64,000 bases of DNA from Eledone cirrhosa (taxonomy: Eukaryota): assembly GCA_964016885.1 (NCBI GenBank), contig OZ024761.1:6262001-6326000 (forward strand), in the 5' to 3' direction. A program made the translations under genes and the position numbers. Shown piece by piece: positions 1 to 11,792 of this stretch (positions are counted from its first letter, which is position 1; each line of letters opens with the position of its first letter). The notes below the pieces were generated by a model. It was given only the letters and a program-made list of their open reading frames with translations, did no database searches and was not told the origin of the DNA.

Positions 1-7
1 CCATTTA

Positions 8-56
<49 letters not shown>

Positions 57-61
<5 letters not shown>

Positions 62-1920
62 ATAAATGCTCTGAAATAGCGATATATATGTGAATATAGA
101 CATAGAATATTCGAAAATATTCTGTATGTTTATAATAAACATTTTGAAGACCTAATCGCTATAGAATAGAATACGTCACGTATTAAAATTAGATTCTCGA
201 TAAAAGCAAGGGAAGTAATCTACGCGTTTCATTCTAGTTAGAAATCATCAGGACTACATATCCAGTGCTTTTATCGAGAATGACACAGCTAGAGACTTAT
301 AGAATACTTAGCTGTGTACAGGAACTGGTTTGAAAGAGCGGTTGCCGGTCCGGCAGAAATTAGAAATTGGAATAAATGCTCTGAAATAGCGATATATATG
401 TGAATATAGACATAGAATATTCGAAAATATTCTGTATGTTTATAATAAACATTTTGAAGACCTAATCGCTATAGAATAGAATACGTCACGTATTAAAATT
501 AGATTCTCGATAAAAGCAAGGGAAGTAATCTACGCGTTTCATTCTAGTTAGAAATCATCAGGACTACATATCCAGTGCTTTTATCGAGAATGACACAGCT
601 AGAGACTTATAGAATACTTAGCTGTGTACAGGAACTGGTTTGAAAGAGCGGTTGCCGGTCCGGCAGAAATTAGAAATTGGAATAAATGCTCTGAAATAGC
701 GATATATATGTGAATATAGACATAGAATATTCGAAAATATTCTGTATGTTTATAATAAACATTTTGAAGACCTAATCGCTATAGAATAGAATACGTCACG
801 TATTAAAATTAGATTCTCGATAAAAGCAAGGGAAGTAATCTACGCGTTTCATTCTAGTTAGAAATCATCAGGACTACATATCCAGTGCTTTTATCGAGAA
901 TGACACAGCTAGAGACTTATAGAATACTTAGCTGTGTACAGGAACTGGTTTGAAAGAGCGGTTGCCGGTCCGGCAGAAATTAGAAATTGGAATAAATGCT
1001 CTGAAATAGCGATATATATGTGAATATAGACATAGAATATTCGAAAATATTCTGTATGTTTATAATAAACATTTTGAAGACCTAATCGCTATAGAATAGA
1101 ATACGTCACGTATTAAAATTAGATTCTCGATAAAAGCAAGGGAAGTAATCTACGCGTTTCATTCTAGTTAGAAATCATCAGGACTACATATTCAGTGCTT
1201 TTATCGAGAATGACACAGCTAGAGACTTATAGAATACTTAGCTGTGTACAGGAACTGGTTTGAAAGAGCGGTTGCCGGTCCGGCAGAAATTAGAAATTGG
1301 AATAAATGCTCTGAAATAGCGATATATATGTGAATATAGACATAGAATATTCGAAAATATTCTGTATGTTTATAATAAACATTTTGAAGACCTAATCGCT
1401 ATAGAATAGAATACGTCACGTATTAAAATTAGATTCTCGATAAAAGCAAGGGAAGTAATCTACGCGTTTCATTCTAGTTAGAAATCATCAGGACTACATA
1501 TCCAGTGCTTTTATCGAGAATGACACAGCTAGAGACTTATAGAATACTTAGCTGTGTACAGGAACTGGTTTGAAAGAGCGGTTGCCGGTCCGGCAGAAAT
1601 TAGAAATTGGAATAAATGCTCTGAAATAGCGATATATATGTGAATATAGACATAGAATATTCGAAAATATTCTGTATGTTTATAATAAACATTTTGAAGA
1701 CCTAATCGCTATAGAATAGAATACGTCACGTATTAAAATTAGATTCTCGATAAAAGCAAGGGAAGTAATCTACGCGTTTCATTCTAGTTAGAAATCATCA
1801 GGACTACATATCCAGTGCTTTTATCGAGAATGACACAGCTAGAGACTTATAGAATACTTAGCTGTGTACAGGAACTGGTTTGAAAGAGCGGTTGCCGGTC
1901 CGGCAGAAATTAGAAATTGG
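57..1920 (-). repeat. Tandem array of a 310-bp hammerhead-containing unit (retrozyme-like), 6 copies, left arm of a giant palindrome
   Basis: 'aataaatgctctgaaatagc' recurs at 61, 371, 681, 991, 1301, 1611. Copies are near-identical (one C>T seen at ~1192). Begins directly after (TA)n. HHR on minus strand at 215-257 and every +310. Confidence 0.95.
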
Positions 1921-4370
1921 AAATTTCTAATTTCTGCCGGACCGGCAACCGCTCTTTCAAACCAGTTCCTGTACACAGCTAAGTATTCTATAAGTCTCTA
2001 GCTGTGTCATTCTCGATAAAAGCACTGGATATGTAGTCCTGATGATTTCTAACTAGAATGAAACGCGTAGATTACTTCCCTTGCTTTTATCGAGAATCTA
2101 ATTTTAATACGTGACGTATTCTATTCTATAGCGATTAGGTCTTCAAAATGTTTATTATAAACATACAGAATATTTTCGAATATTCTATGTCTATATTCAC
2201 ATATATATCGCTATTTCAGAGCATTTATTCCAATTTCTAATTTCTGCCGGACCGGCAACCGCTCTTTCAAACCAGTTCCTGTACACAGCTAAGTATTCTA
2301 TAAGTCTCTAGCTGTGTCATTCTCGATAAAAGCACTGGATATGTAGTCCTGATGATTTCTAACTAGAATGAAACGCGTAGATTACTTCCCTTGCTTTTAT
2401 CGAGAATCTAATTTTAATACGTGACGTATTCTATTCTATAGCGATTAGGTCTTCAAAATGTTTATTATAAACATACAGAATATTTTCGAATATTCTATGT
2501 CTATATTCACATATATATCGCTATTTCAGAGCATTTATTCCAATTTCTAATTTCTGCCGGACCGGCAACCGCTCTTTCAAACCAGTTCCTGTACACAGCT
2601 AAGTATTCTATAAGTCTCTAGCTGTGTCATTCTCGATAAAAGCACTGGATATGTAGTCCTGATGATTTCTAACTAGAATGAAACGCGTAGATTACTTCCC
2701 TTGCTTTTATCGAGAATCTAATTTTAATACGTGACGTATTCTATTCTATAGCGATTAGGTCTTCAAAATGTTTATTATAAACATACAGAATATTTTCGAA
2801 TATTCTATGTCTATATTCACATATATATCGCTATTTCAGAGCATTTATTCCAATTTCTAATTTCTGCCGGACCGGCAACCGCTCTTTCAAACCAGTTCCT
2901 GTACACAGCTAAGTATTCTATAAGTCTCTAGCTGTGTCATTCTCGATAAAAGCACTGGATATGTAGTCCTGATGATTTCTAACTAGAATGAAACGCGTAG
3001 ATTACTTCCCTTGCTTTTATCGAGAATCTAATTTTAATACGTGACGTATTCTATTCTATAGCGATTAGGTCTTCAAAATGTTTATTATAAACATACAGAA
3101 TATTTTCGAATATTCTATGTCTATATTCACATATATATCGCTATTTCAGAGCATTTATTCCAATTTCTAATTTCTGCCGGACCGGCAACCGCTCTTTCAA
3201 ACCAGTTCCTGTACACAGCTAAGTATTCTATAAGTCTCTAGCTGTGTCATTCTCGATAAAAGCACTGGATATGTAGTCCTGATGATTTCTAACTAGAATG
3301 AAACGCGTAGATTACTTCCCTTGCTTTTATCGAGAATCTAATTTTAATACGTGACGTATTCTATTCTATAGCGATTAGGTCTTCAAAATGTTTATTATAA
3401 ACATACAGAATATTTTCGAATATTCTATGTCTATATTCACATATATATCGCTATTTCAGAGCATTTATTCCAATTTCTAATTTCTGCCGGACCGGCAACC
3501 GCTCTTTCAAACCAGTTCCTGTACACAGCTAAGTATTCTATAAGTCTCTAGCTGTGTCATTCTCGATAAAAGCACTGGATATGTAGTCCTGATGATTTCT
3601 AACTAGAATGAAACGCGTAGATTACTTCCCTTGCTTTTATCGAGAATCTAATTTTAATACGTGACGTATTCTATTCTATAGCGATTAGGTCTTCAAAATG
3701 TTTATTATAAACATACAGAATATTTTCGAATATTCTATGTCTATATTCACATATATATCGCTATTTCAGAGCATTTATTCCAATTTCTAATTTCTGCCGG
3801 ACCGGCAACCGCTCTTTCAAACCAGTTCCTGTACACAGCTAAGTATTCTATAAGTCTCTAGCTGTGTCATTCTCGATAAAAGCACTGGATATGTAGTCCT
3901 GATGATTTCTAACTAGAATGAAACGCGTAGATTACTTCCCTTGCTTTTATCGAGAATCTAATTTTAATACGTGACGTATTCTATTCTATAGCGATTAGGT
4001 CTTCAAAATGTTTATTATAAACATACAGAATATTTTCGAATATTCTATGTCTATATTCACATATATATCGCTATTTCAGAGCATTTATTCCAATTTCTAA
4101 TTTCTGCCGGACCGGCAACCGCTCTTTCAAACCAGTTCCTGTACACAGCTAAGTATTCTATAAGTCTCTAGCTGTGTCATTCTCGATAAAAGCACTGGAT
4201 ATGTAGTCCTGATGATTTCTAACTAGAATGAAACGCGTAGATTACTTCCCTTGCTTTTATCGAGAATCTAATTTTAATACGTGACGTATTCTATTCTATA
4301 GCGATTAGGTCTTCAAAATGTTTATTATAAACATACAGAATATTTTCGAATATTCTATGTCTATATTCAT
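1921..4370 (+). repeat. Reverse-complement tandem array of the same 310-bp unit, ~7.9 copies, right arm
   Basis: 'aatttctaatttctgccgg' recurs every 310 bp from 1922 to 4092. Exact reverse complement of the left arm. Ends where the unit's internal ATATAT merges into (TA)n. Confidence 0.95.
2033..2075 (+). ncRNA. Type I hammerhead ribozyme (representative of 14 copies in the array)
   Basis: GTAGTC [stem I] CTGATGA t-TTCT-aact-AGAA-t [stem II] GAAA CGCG TA / GATTAC [stem I']. Stem III is the palindrome ACGCGT; predicted cut after GUA at 2069. Stem I is extended by ATTCTCGATAAAAGCA (2009-2024) pairing with TGCTTTTATCGAGAAT (2082-2097). Confidence 0.88.
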
Positions 4371-4387
4371 ATATATATATATATACA

Positions 4388-4588
4388 CACACACACATAT
4401 ATATTATAATAATTGTTTCTATTTTTGGCACAAGGCCAGCAATTACCCAGTGCATTACTGGTACTTTATTTTATCGACCCCGTAAGGATGAAAGGCAAAG
4501 TTAACCTCGGCAGGATTTGAACTCAGAATGGCAAGGACCATAACTCTATGCGTCAAAGCATGGCGTCCGACCCTCTACCGATACTGCC
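4388..4588 (-). mobile_element. tRNA-derived SINE family A (other copies ~9615-9677, 10598-10770, 11632-11790, 35725-35905, 37220-37290, 37668-37855, 42850-43000, 46490-46672, 54445-54570, 56508-56665)
   Basis: Sense strand reads GGCAGTATCGGTAGAG (A-box-like)...CTGAGTTCAAATCC (B-box)...CTTTGCCTTTCATCCTTACGGGGTCGATAAA...TAGAAACAATTATT. About 10 dispersed copies in the window. Confidence 0.85.
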
Positions 4589-4591
4589 TAC

Positions 4592-4905
4592 GTTTATTGG
4601 TTGGTAACGCGCGTTTCGCTATTGATCTGCTCAAGGTTTGGTCTGTTTCGATCTGGCCTGACTCTGGAATCAAAAGCCCGTCGGACCTCTGTTGTAGTCA
4701 TTACTACAACAACTTTTGATTCCAGAGTCGGGCCAGATCGATATAGATCGAACCTTGAGCAGATCAATAGCGAAACGCGCGTCACCAACCAATAAACATA
4801 ATGAAGGTTTAACCAATCGTCCTTATATTATTATATTACACTCTGTCTGGCTCTACACCTCGATACAGACGTGAACTTACAGTAACTTCATGGTACACTT
4901 CCAGG
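4592..4905 (+). mobile_element. Non-coding pLTR-like element with 5' inverted copy; degenerate HHR with long stem II (family also at 25762-26005, 61150-61260, 63610-63650)
   Basis: 4592-4676 is the reverse complement of 4712-4797. Consensus GGT CCGACGA gcttttgatt...gatcaatagc GAAA CGCGCG TC ACC. Ends in TA repeats. Confidence 0.6.
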
Positions 4906-5039
4906 ATATATATATATCATCTTCTACCTGGAGTTGCGACCGATAGATAGTATTAGCAATTGGAAAGACCAACGGAAACATTGATTCCTCGGTCCAATTT
5001 GACAAAAGTCGATCGACTTATATATATATATATATCATG

Positions 5040-5415
5040 AGGTCATTAACATAGCTTTGTATATGAAATGGCTGAAGTTGTATATCTGGCGATATACGGT
5101 ATGTTTATAAATAAACATTTTGAAAGCCTTCAGTTATGAGCCGGGAAACTGATGGCGTACGCCATCTAGTGTGTTCCAACAGAAGCTAAGTACGGGTAAC
5201 TAGAGTTGATGACGTCATCATTTCTGACTCTGGTCGTTATCAAGGTAGTACTCCCCGACCCGCTTAATACTGGAACTTATTATGAGCTATAACATATAGT
5301 TTAGAAGCCTCTGTACATGGGCTGATCAGTCACATTTGAATATAGAGTAACGACTGGATATCGCCAGATATACAACTTCACGTATTTCATATACAGAGCT
5401 ATGCTAGAGTCAATG

Positions 5416-5420
<5 letters not shown>
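5040..5420. mobile_element. TA-flanked element with ~45-bp imperfect inverted ends
   Basis: 5055-5097 (catagctttgtatatgaaat..tgaagttgtatatctggcgatat) pairs with 5357-5403. Contains GTATGTTTATAATAAACATTTTGAA, shared with the 310-bp unit. Confidence 0.55.
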
Positions 5421-5484
<64 letters not shown>

Positions 5485-5486
<2 letters not shown>

Positions 5487-5637
5487 CAAAGGAATTGCGG
5501 TAAGGAACCAGATGGACCGTAACGCACCAGAATACTCAATACTTAGGGTAGTAGAGTGGGAAATAGGAAAAAGTATGACCCTGGAGTCCAGAAATAGCCG
5601 TCGAAGCGGCTTGAGCTCTGCCGTCGGGGACATATTT

Positions 5638-5642
<5 letters not shown>
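5485..5642. mobile_element. TA-inserted short element family carrying the 3' half of an HHR (copies 11248-11375, 43812-44008, 50100-50165, 50390-50460, 58546-58705, diverged 63505-63575)
   Basis: Shared GAAACGGCTTGAGCTCWGCCGTCGGGGTC plus a body 'tacccactctac..gtattgagtactttggtgcgttatggtccacctggttccttaccacatttcct'. Frequently rearranged as inverted pairs. Confidence 0.7.
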
Positions 5643-5671
<29 letters not shown>

Positions 5672-5725
5672 CGGCGATGAATTAGTTTTGCGAGGTTTTT
5701 GATATGAAATTGTGTGTCGAAACAA

Positions 5726-7256
5726 ATATTGTTATACTTGGGGAGGGTCATATTTGTGTAATAATATTGCCAGAATTAATAACAGAACACATTCACTGTT
5801 TGGTTGGTTTTCGCTTCTGTATCTTTTATATCGGTTAATTTAATTTATTCGGTCCTCAATGTAACCATTGACTGACCAACGGTCAAAAATACAGATACAA
5901 TATAGACACAAACACATATATATAGTCTAACAAAGTTCTTTCGTTGCACATCTGCAAAACTCAGCAATGTCCAGTAGTGCCAAGTTTAATATTCTGATCG
6001 CAGACTTGGTACGAGTGATGAAGAACGTGTCCCGCATGTGCGACTCAACAAAAATGGAAAGACACATCCAACACTTCATCAACCGCATGCAGTTCTCTGG
6101 CTACAACCAAAGAGACAGAATCAGAGTATACGAAGGAGCCACGGAGAAGTATAAGACCCTCATAGAACTGGACATGAAAGGAATTTGCCCATTATACAGG
6201 AGCAAATCATGAAATAGCTTAGATAGGACTAGACATAAGATAGGGAAAGCCACCTCATGGTACGACAACCAGAGATACCAGAGTGTCATGTTTGTGGACG
6301 CTACCCCTGGAGGGAAATTAGCTAACCAGTGTAGAAAGGCCCTGAGAAAGACCCACTTAAAGATTAAGGTGGTAGAAAAGCCAGGAACCAGGGTAGGTTT
6401 TGCTGATCAGGGATTTTATGGTGATAAAATCCCTGATCAGATGTACAGAGGGTACTTGCAGAAACATGACAACATACATAGGCGAGACAGCTCGTAGCAT
6501 AGGTGAAAGGATAGACCAACACTGGGGGGAACTAATAGGACAGCAATAAAACGGTTCAGTACTATACGAACACGACAGACAAAGACATGACTGTAATATA
6601 GACAACATAGAAATTAGAATAATATCTAAACATAGAAATGACCCAGCAGATAGGCAAATCAGAGAGGCCAGCGAAATAGAACTTAGAAGGCCAAGGCTAA
6701 ACAGAAAGAATGAATGGAATAACAACACCCAAACAAAGAACACTGACCTAAGAGAAGTATAAATAAATAAATAAATACATAAGCACAATAACAATAAACA
6801 TATATAAACACACACTAGTAAACTAAGATAGAATACTATAACCAATACACAGTCACCCAAACAAGAACACACATCAAACAAAACACTATACACATACGCA
6901 AACGCATGCGCAGAGAAGACAAAAAAAAACAAAAACAAATAAATAAATAAATAAACAGACTAAATAAAGATGGCATAGGCATACAATGCAACGGGAGGAA
7001 ACATAATAGCAACACTGACGATGTTGCAGATGTGCAACGAAAGAACTTTGATAGACTATATATATGTTTGTGTCTATATTGTATCTGTATTATTGTTGAC
7101 CGTTGGTCAGTAAATGGTAACATTGAGGACCGAATAAATTAGATTAACCGATATAAAGGACACAGAAGCGAAAACCAACCAAACAGTGAATGTGTTCTGT
7201 TATTAATTCTGGCAATATTATTACAACAATATGACCCTCCCCAAGTATTACAATAT
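5726..7256 (+). mobile_element. 5'-truncated Penelope-like element (Neptune-like) with upstream inverted partial pLTR
   Basis: Degenerate coding 5960-6725: ..ADLVRVMKNVS..MQFSGY.., MFVDATPGGKL..KVVEKPG, then GIY-YIG YIGETARSIGERIDQH..RQIREASEIELRRPRLNRKNEW in another frame. 5726-5957 is the reverse complement of 7024-7256. Partial pLTR copy also at 23660-23800. Confidence 0.85.
7011..7052 (+). ncRNA. Minimal hammerhead ribozyme in the PLE pLTR
   Basis: AACA CTGACGA t GTTGCA gatg TGCAAC GAAA GAACTT TGAT. Stem I has one mismatch; the related copy at 62656-62698 has a perfect GTCA/TGAC stem I. Confidence 0.7.
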
Positions 7257-7359
7257 ATATATATATATATATATATATAGGCTTAAAAATGGATTGAGAG
7301 TAAGAAAAAAGCAAGAAAGGGGGACGGGCGAGTAACTAGCAACTACACAGCCACCATAT

Positions 7360-7386
7360 TCTATCTCTCTTTCTCTCTCTTTCTCG

Positions 7387-7422
<36 letters not shown>

Positions 7423-7475
7423 TTCTCTATCTCTCTCTCTATCTATCTATATATACACACACACACACACGCACG

Positions 7476-7523
<48 letters not shown>

Positions 7524-7550
7524 CATATATATATGCATATATATATATAT

Positions 7551-7627
<77 letters not shown>

Positions 7628-8470
7628 CCACTGTTCTCCAAAAATGGAATTGTGTATTTGTCTGCATGTGTATGTGTACATTTTAAATAACCGTATATGA
7701 TTATGTATGCATGTGTATTTAAATGAATGTGTATAAATGGGCATGTTTGTATGAATATCTGAAATTGTGTGAGTATGTATGTATGTTTGTATCTGTATTT
7801 ATGTATGAATATAATTATGTTTGTATGTATGTATGTATGTATGTATGTGTGTATGTATGTATGTATGTATGTATGTATGTATGTATGTATGTATGTATGT
7901 ATGTATATATGTTGGTATGTATATATGTTGGTATGTGTGTATGAATGTATGAATGTATGTATGTATGTATGTGTGTATGTATGTGTGTATGTATGTATGT
8001 ATGTATGTATGTATGTATGTATGTATGTATGTATGTGTGTGTGTATGTATGTATGTATGTATGTATGTGTGTATGTATGTATGTGTGTATGCATGTATGT
8101 ATGTATGTGTGTATGTATGTGTGTATGTATGTGTGTATGTATGTATGTATGCATGTATGTATATATGTTGGTATGTGTGTATGAATGTATGAATGTATGT
8201 ATGTATATATGTATGTATGTATGTATGTATGTTTGTATCTGTATTTATGTATGAATATAATTATGTATGTATGTATGTATGTATGTATGTATGTGTGTAT
8301 GTATGTATGCGTGTATGTGTGTATATATGTATGTATGTGTGTATATATGTTGGTATGTGTGTATGAATGTATGTATGTATGTATGTATGTGTGTATGTGT
8401 GTATGCATGTGTTTCTATATATATATGTGTGTGTGTATTTATGAATATATGCAAATGAGTATGTGTGTAT
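7360..8470. repeat. Compound microsatellites (CT)n, (CA)n, (TA)n, (TATG)n
   Basis: Directly visible simple repeats; source of the HTYI/MYVC ORFs. Confidence 0.95.
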
Positions 8471-8705
8471 AACAGGCATACATAAATGGAAATAAAATAT
8501 CTTGATTTGTTCCATAAAACCCAATGGAAATATCATATTTCAGAACATCCTCATGTGATAATAGAGAAACAAGAATAAATATATTTTGTATGACAAAGCA
8601 GAAAATAATCACAACAGCTCAATAATGAGGAAGTATATTTCGTGAATAATGGAAAATAATGTAATTTTGGGCAAGATGGAAGAGTCGATAGTGTAAACAT
8701 ACCTA

Positions 8706-9321
8706 CACATGTACACCAGGTCTGAACACAGAGGAGCCAAACTCCCACTGTCACCGCCTCCGTCTCTCTCGCCCTCCCCATCTCTTACATGTACACCAGG
8801 TCTGAACACAGAGGAGCCAAACTCCCAGTGTCACCGCCTCCGTCTCCCTCGCCCTCCACATCTCTTACATGTACACCAGGTCTGAACACAGAGGAGCCAA
8901 ACTCCCACTGTCACCGCCTCCGTCTCCCTCGCCCTCCCCATCTCTTACATGTACACCAGGTCTGAACACAGAGGAGCCAAACTCCCACTGTCACCGCCTC
9001 CGTCTCTCTCGCCCTCCCCATCTATTACATGTACACCAGGTCTGAACACAGAGGAGCCAAACTCCCACTGTCATCGCCTCCCATCTATTACATGTACACC
9101 AGGTCTGAACACAGAGGAGCCAAACTCCCACTGTCACCGCCTCCGTCTCTCTCGCCCTCCCCATCTATTACATGTACACCAGGTCTGAACACAGAGGAGC
9201 CAAACTCCCACTGTCATCGCCTCCCATCTATTACATGTACACCAGGTCTGAACACAGAGGAGCCAAACTCCCACTGTCATCGCCTCCATTTCCATCGCCC
9301 TCCCATCTATTACATGTACAC
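8706..9321. repeat. Minisatellite, 80-bp unit with 63-bp deletion variants, ~8 copies
   Basis: 'tacatgtacaccaggtctgaacacagaggagccaaactccc' at 8786, 8866, 8946, 9026, 9089, 9169, 9232. Confidence 0.95.
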
Positions 9322-9334
9322 CGCCGTCCACATT

Positions 9335-9460
9335 ACAGATGCAAATCAGGCCGATCAGTCAATGTATATTCTAGAAAATAGCATATATTATCACTAGCTC
9401 TGACAGTTTAGCAAGTGAACAGTGAGCTGTACTGATGAAGGGTGATACCCAGAAACATTA
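9335..9460 (+). mobile_element. Octamer+HHR short element family (also 13690-13840 minus, 19505-19795 minus)
   Basis: ATGCAAATCAGGCCGATCAGTCA...CTGTA CTGATGA a GGGT gat ACCC a GAAA CATTA (truncated here). The 19608-19652 copy supplies CATTAGTG TC TACAG, completing stems III and I in the consensus. Confidence 0.65.
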
Positions 9461-9557
9461 ATTTAAATAATTTAAATAATTTAAATTATTGAAGAAAGAA
9501 GAAGTGAAAGACACTTCTTCTTTCTTCAATAATTTAAATTATTTAAATTATTTAAAT
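9461..9557. repeat. Perfect hairpin, ~46-bp arms, 5-nt loop
   Basis: atttaaataatttaaataatttaaattattgaagaaagaagaagtg-aaaga-cacttcttctttcttcaataatttaaattatttaaattatttaaat. Confidence 0.9.
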
Positions 9558-9836
9558 CTCTAACAGTTATGTAGGTTTATATTATATTAGTAGTTGTTTA
9601 TTATGTACCTTTATAAATAAAGTACCAGTAATGTACTGGTTTATTGATGGCCTTGTGCCTGAAGTAGAAACAATTATGTATCTTTATAAGCTTTCTCACA
9701 CGCACCCTCTGTATTATATATAATGTTTTCATGTCTCAATCTTAAGGGATATAAATATTGAGTTTTGTCCTATCTTACTCACTGCCATGACTGAATATTA
9801 ACCATCTACTTAGTCAAGGTATGTCAAGCATCGTCT

Positions 9837-9903
9837 TATTTTATCTGATGAGGACGTACTGTTGAAGTTAGCTCAGTACCTCTGAAATATGTATAATAAA
9901 ATA
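9837..9903 (+). ncRNA. Type I hammerhead ribozyme in a TA-inserted element (family also 12339-12402 +, 23953-24017 -, 55580-55645 -, half copies 10095-10230)
   Basis: TATTTTAT CTGATGA ggac GTACTG..CAGTAC ctct GAAA TATGTA TA ATAAAATA: perfect 8-bp stem I, quasi-palindromic stem III. Confidence 0.8.
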
Positions 9904-9945
9904 TACTTGATCACACGAATGTCTATATTTGTTAATATTTTGAAT

Positions 9946-10006
<61 letters not shown>

Positions 10007-10094
10007 GCAAAAGTTTTATTTAAAATTGTTGGGTTACAACAAGTAAATATTTTATAACTGATATAAAGCACTCGACAAGTTTTTGGAGTAGATA

Positions 10095-10230
10095 TACGAT
10101 ATTAAACAAATGGAAACTATATTTATAAAACCATATTTATTTCATTATACATATTTCAGGGATATCCCTGAAATATGTATAATGAAATAAATATGGTTTT
10201 ATAAATATAGTTTCCATTTATTTAATATCG
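10095..10230. repeat. Near-perfect palindrome of the 3' half of the 9837 HHR family
   Basis: Centre 'tttcagggat|atccctgaaa' at ~10162, arms ~68 bp. Confidence 0.9.
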
Positions 10231-10254
10231 TATATATATAATATATATATATAT

Positions 10255-10303
<49 letters not shown>

Positions 10304-10470
10304 ATATATATATATATAATATATATATATATAATATATATATATAATATATATATATAATATATATATATAATATATATATATATATAATATATATATA
10401 TATATAATATATATATATATAATATATATATATATAATATATATATATAATATATATATATATATAATAT

Positions 10471-10523
<53 letters not shown>

Positions 10524-10774
10524 TATATATTATATATATATATGTATATATAAATTATATATATATAATAAATGTAATCTGAGTTTTTCGAATATCAATA
10601 ATTGTTTCTACTTTTGGCACAAGGCCAGCAAATACCCAGTACATTACTGGTACTTTATTTTATCGACCCCGTAAGGATGAAAGGCAAAGTTAACCTCGGC
10701 GGGATTTGAACTCACACTGTAAAGGGACGTAACCATGCTAGAAAGCATGGCGTCCAACCCTTCGATTCGATATG

Positions 10775-10806
<32 letters not shown>

Positions 10807-10807
10807 G

Positions 10808-10883
<76 letters not shown>

Positions 10884-11158
10884 GTATATATAATATATAT
10901 ATGTGTATATAATATATATATATGTATAATATATATATATGAGATATATATATGTATATATATATATGTATATATATATATGTATATATATATATGTATG
11001 TATATATGTTTATATGTATATATATATATATATGCATATATGTATATATATATATACATATGTATATATATATATGTATATATATATGTATGTATATATA
11101 TATGTATATATATATGTATATATATATATGTATATATATGTATATATATATGTTTATA

Positions 11159-11203
<45 letters not shown>

Positions 11204-11211
11204 GTATATAC

Positions 11212-11242
<31 letters not shown>

Positions 11243-11398
11243 TATATAGGAACAAGTATGACCCCCCACGGCAGAGCTCAAGCCATTTCGACGGCTAATT
11301 CTTATTACCCACTCTACGTATTGAGTACTTTGGTGCGTTATGGTCCATCTGGTTCCTTACCACATTTCCTTCGTTATATACATATATATACATGTATA

Positions 11399-11452
<54 letters not shown>

Positions 11453-11465
11453 GTATATATATATT

Positions 11466-11522
<57 letters not shown>

Positions 11523-11527
11523 TATAC

Positions 11528-11564
<37 letters not shown>

Positions 11565-11792
11565 TATATAATATATATATATGTGTATATATATATAATA
11601 TATATTTATATATGTGTGTGTGTATATATATAATTGTTTCTACCTTTATTTACTGGTACTTTATTTTATCGACCCCGTAAGGATGAAAGGCAAAGTTAAC
11701 CTCGGCGGGATTTGAACTCAGATCGTAAAGGGACGTAACTATGCTGGAAAGCATGGCGTCTGACCCTCTACCCACACTGCCAATCCACCGCC

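Noticed and set aside
4594-4795. Near-identical 64-aa ORFs on both strands (likewise 50726/51215)
   Set aside because: Consequence of the inverted repeat, not independent genes.
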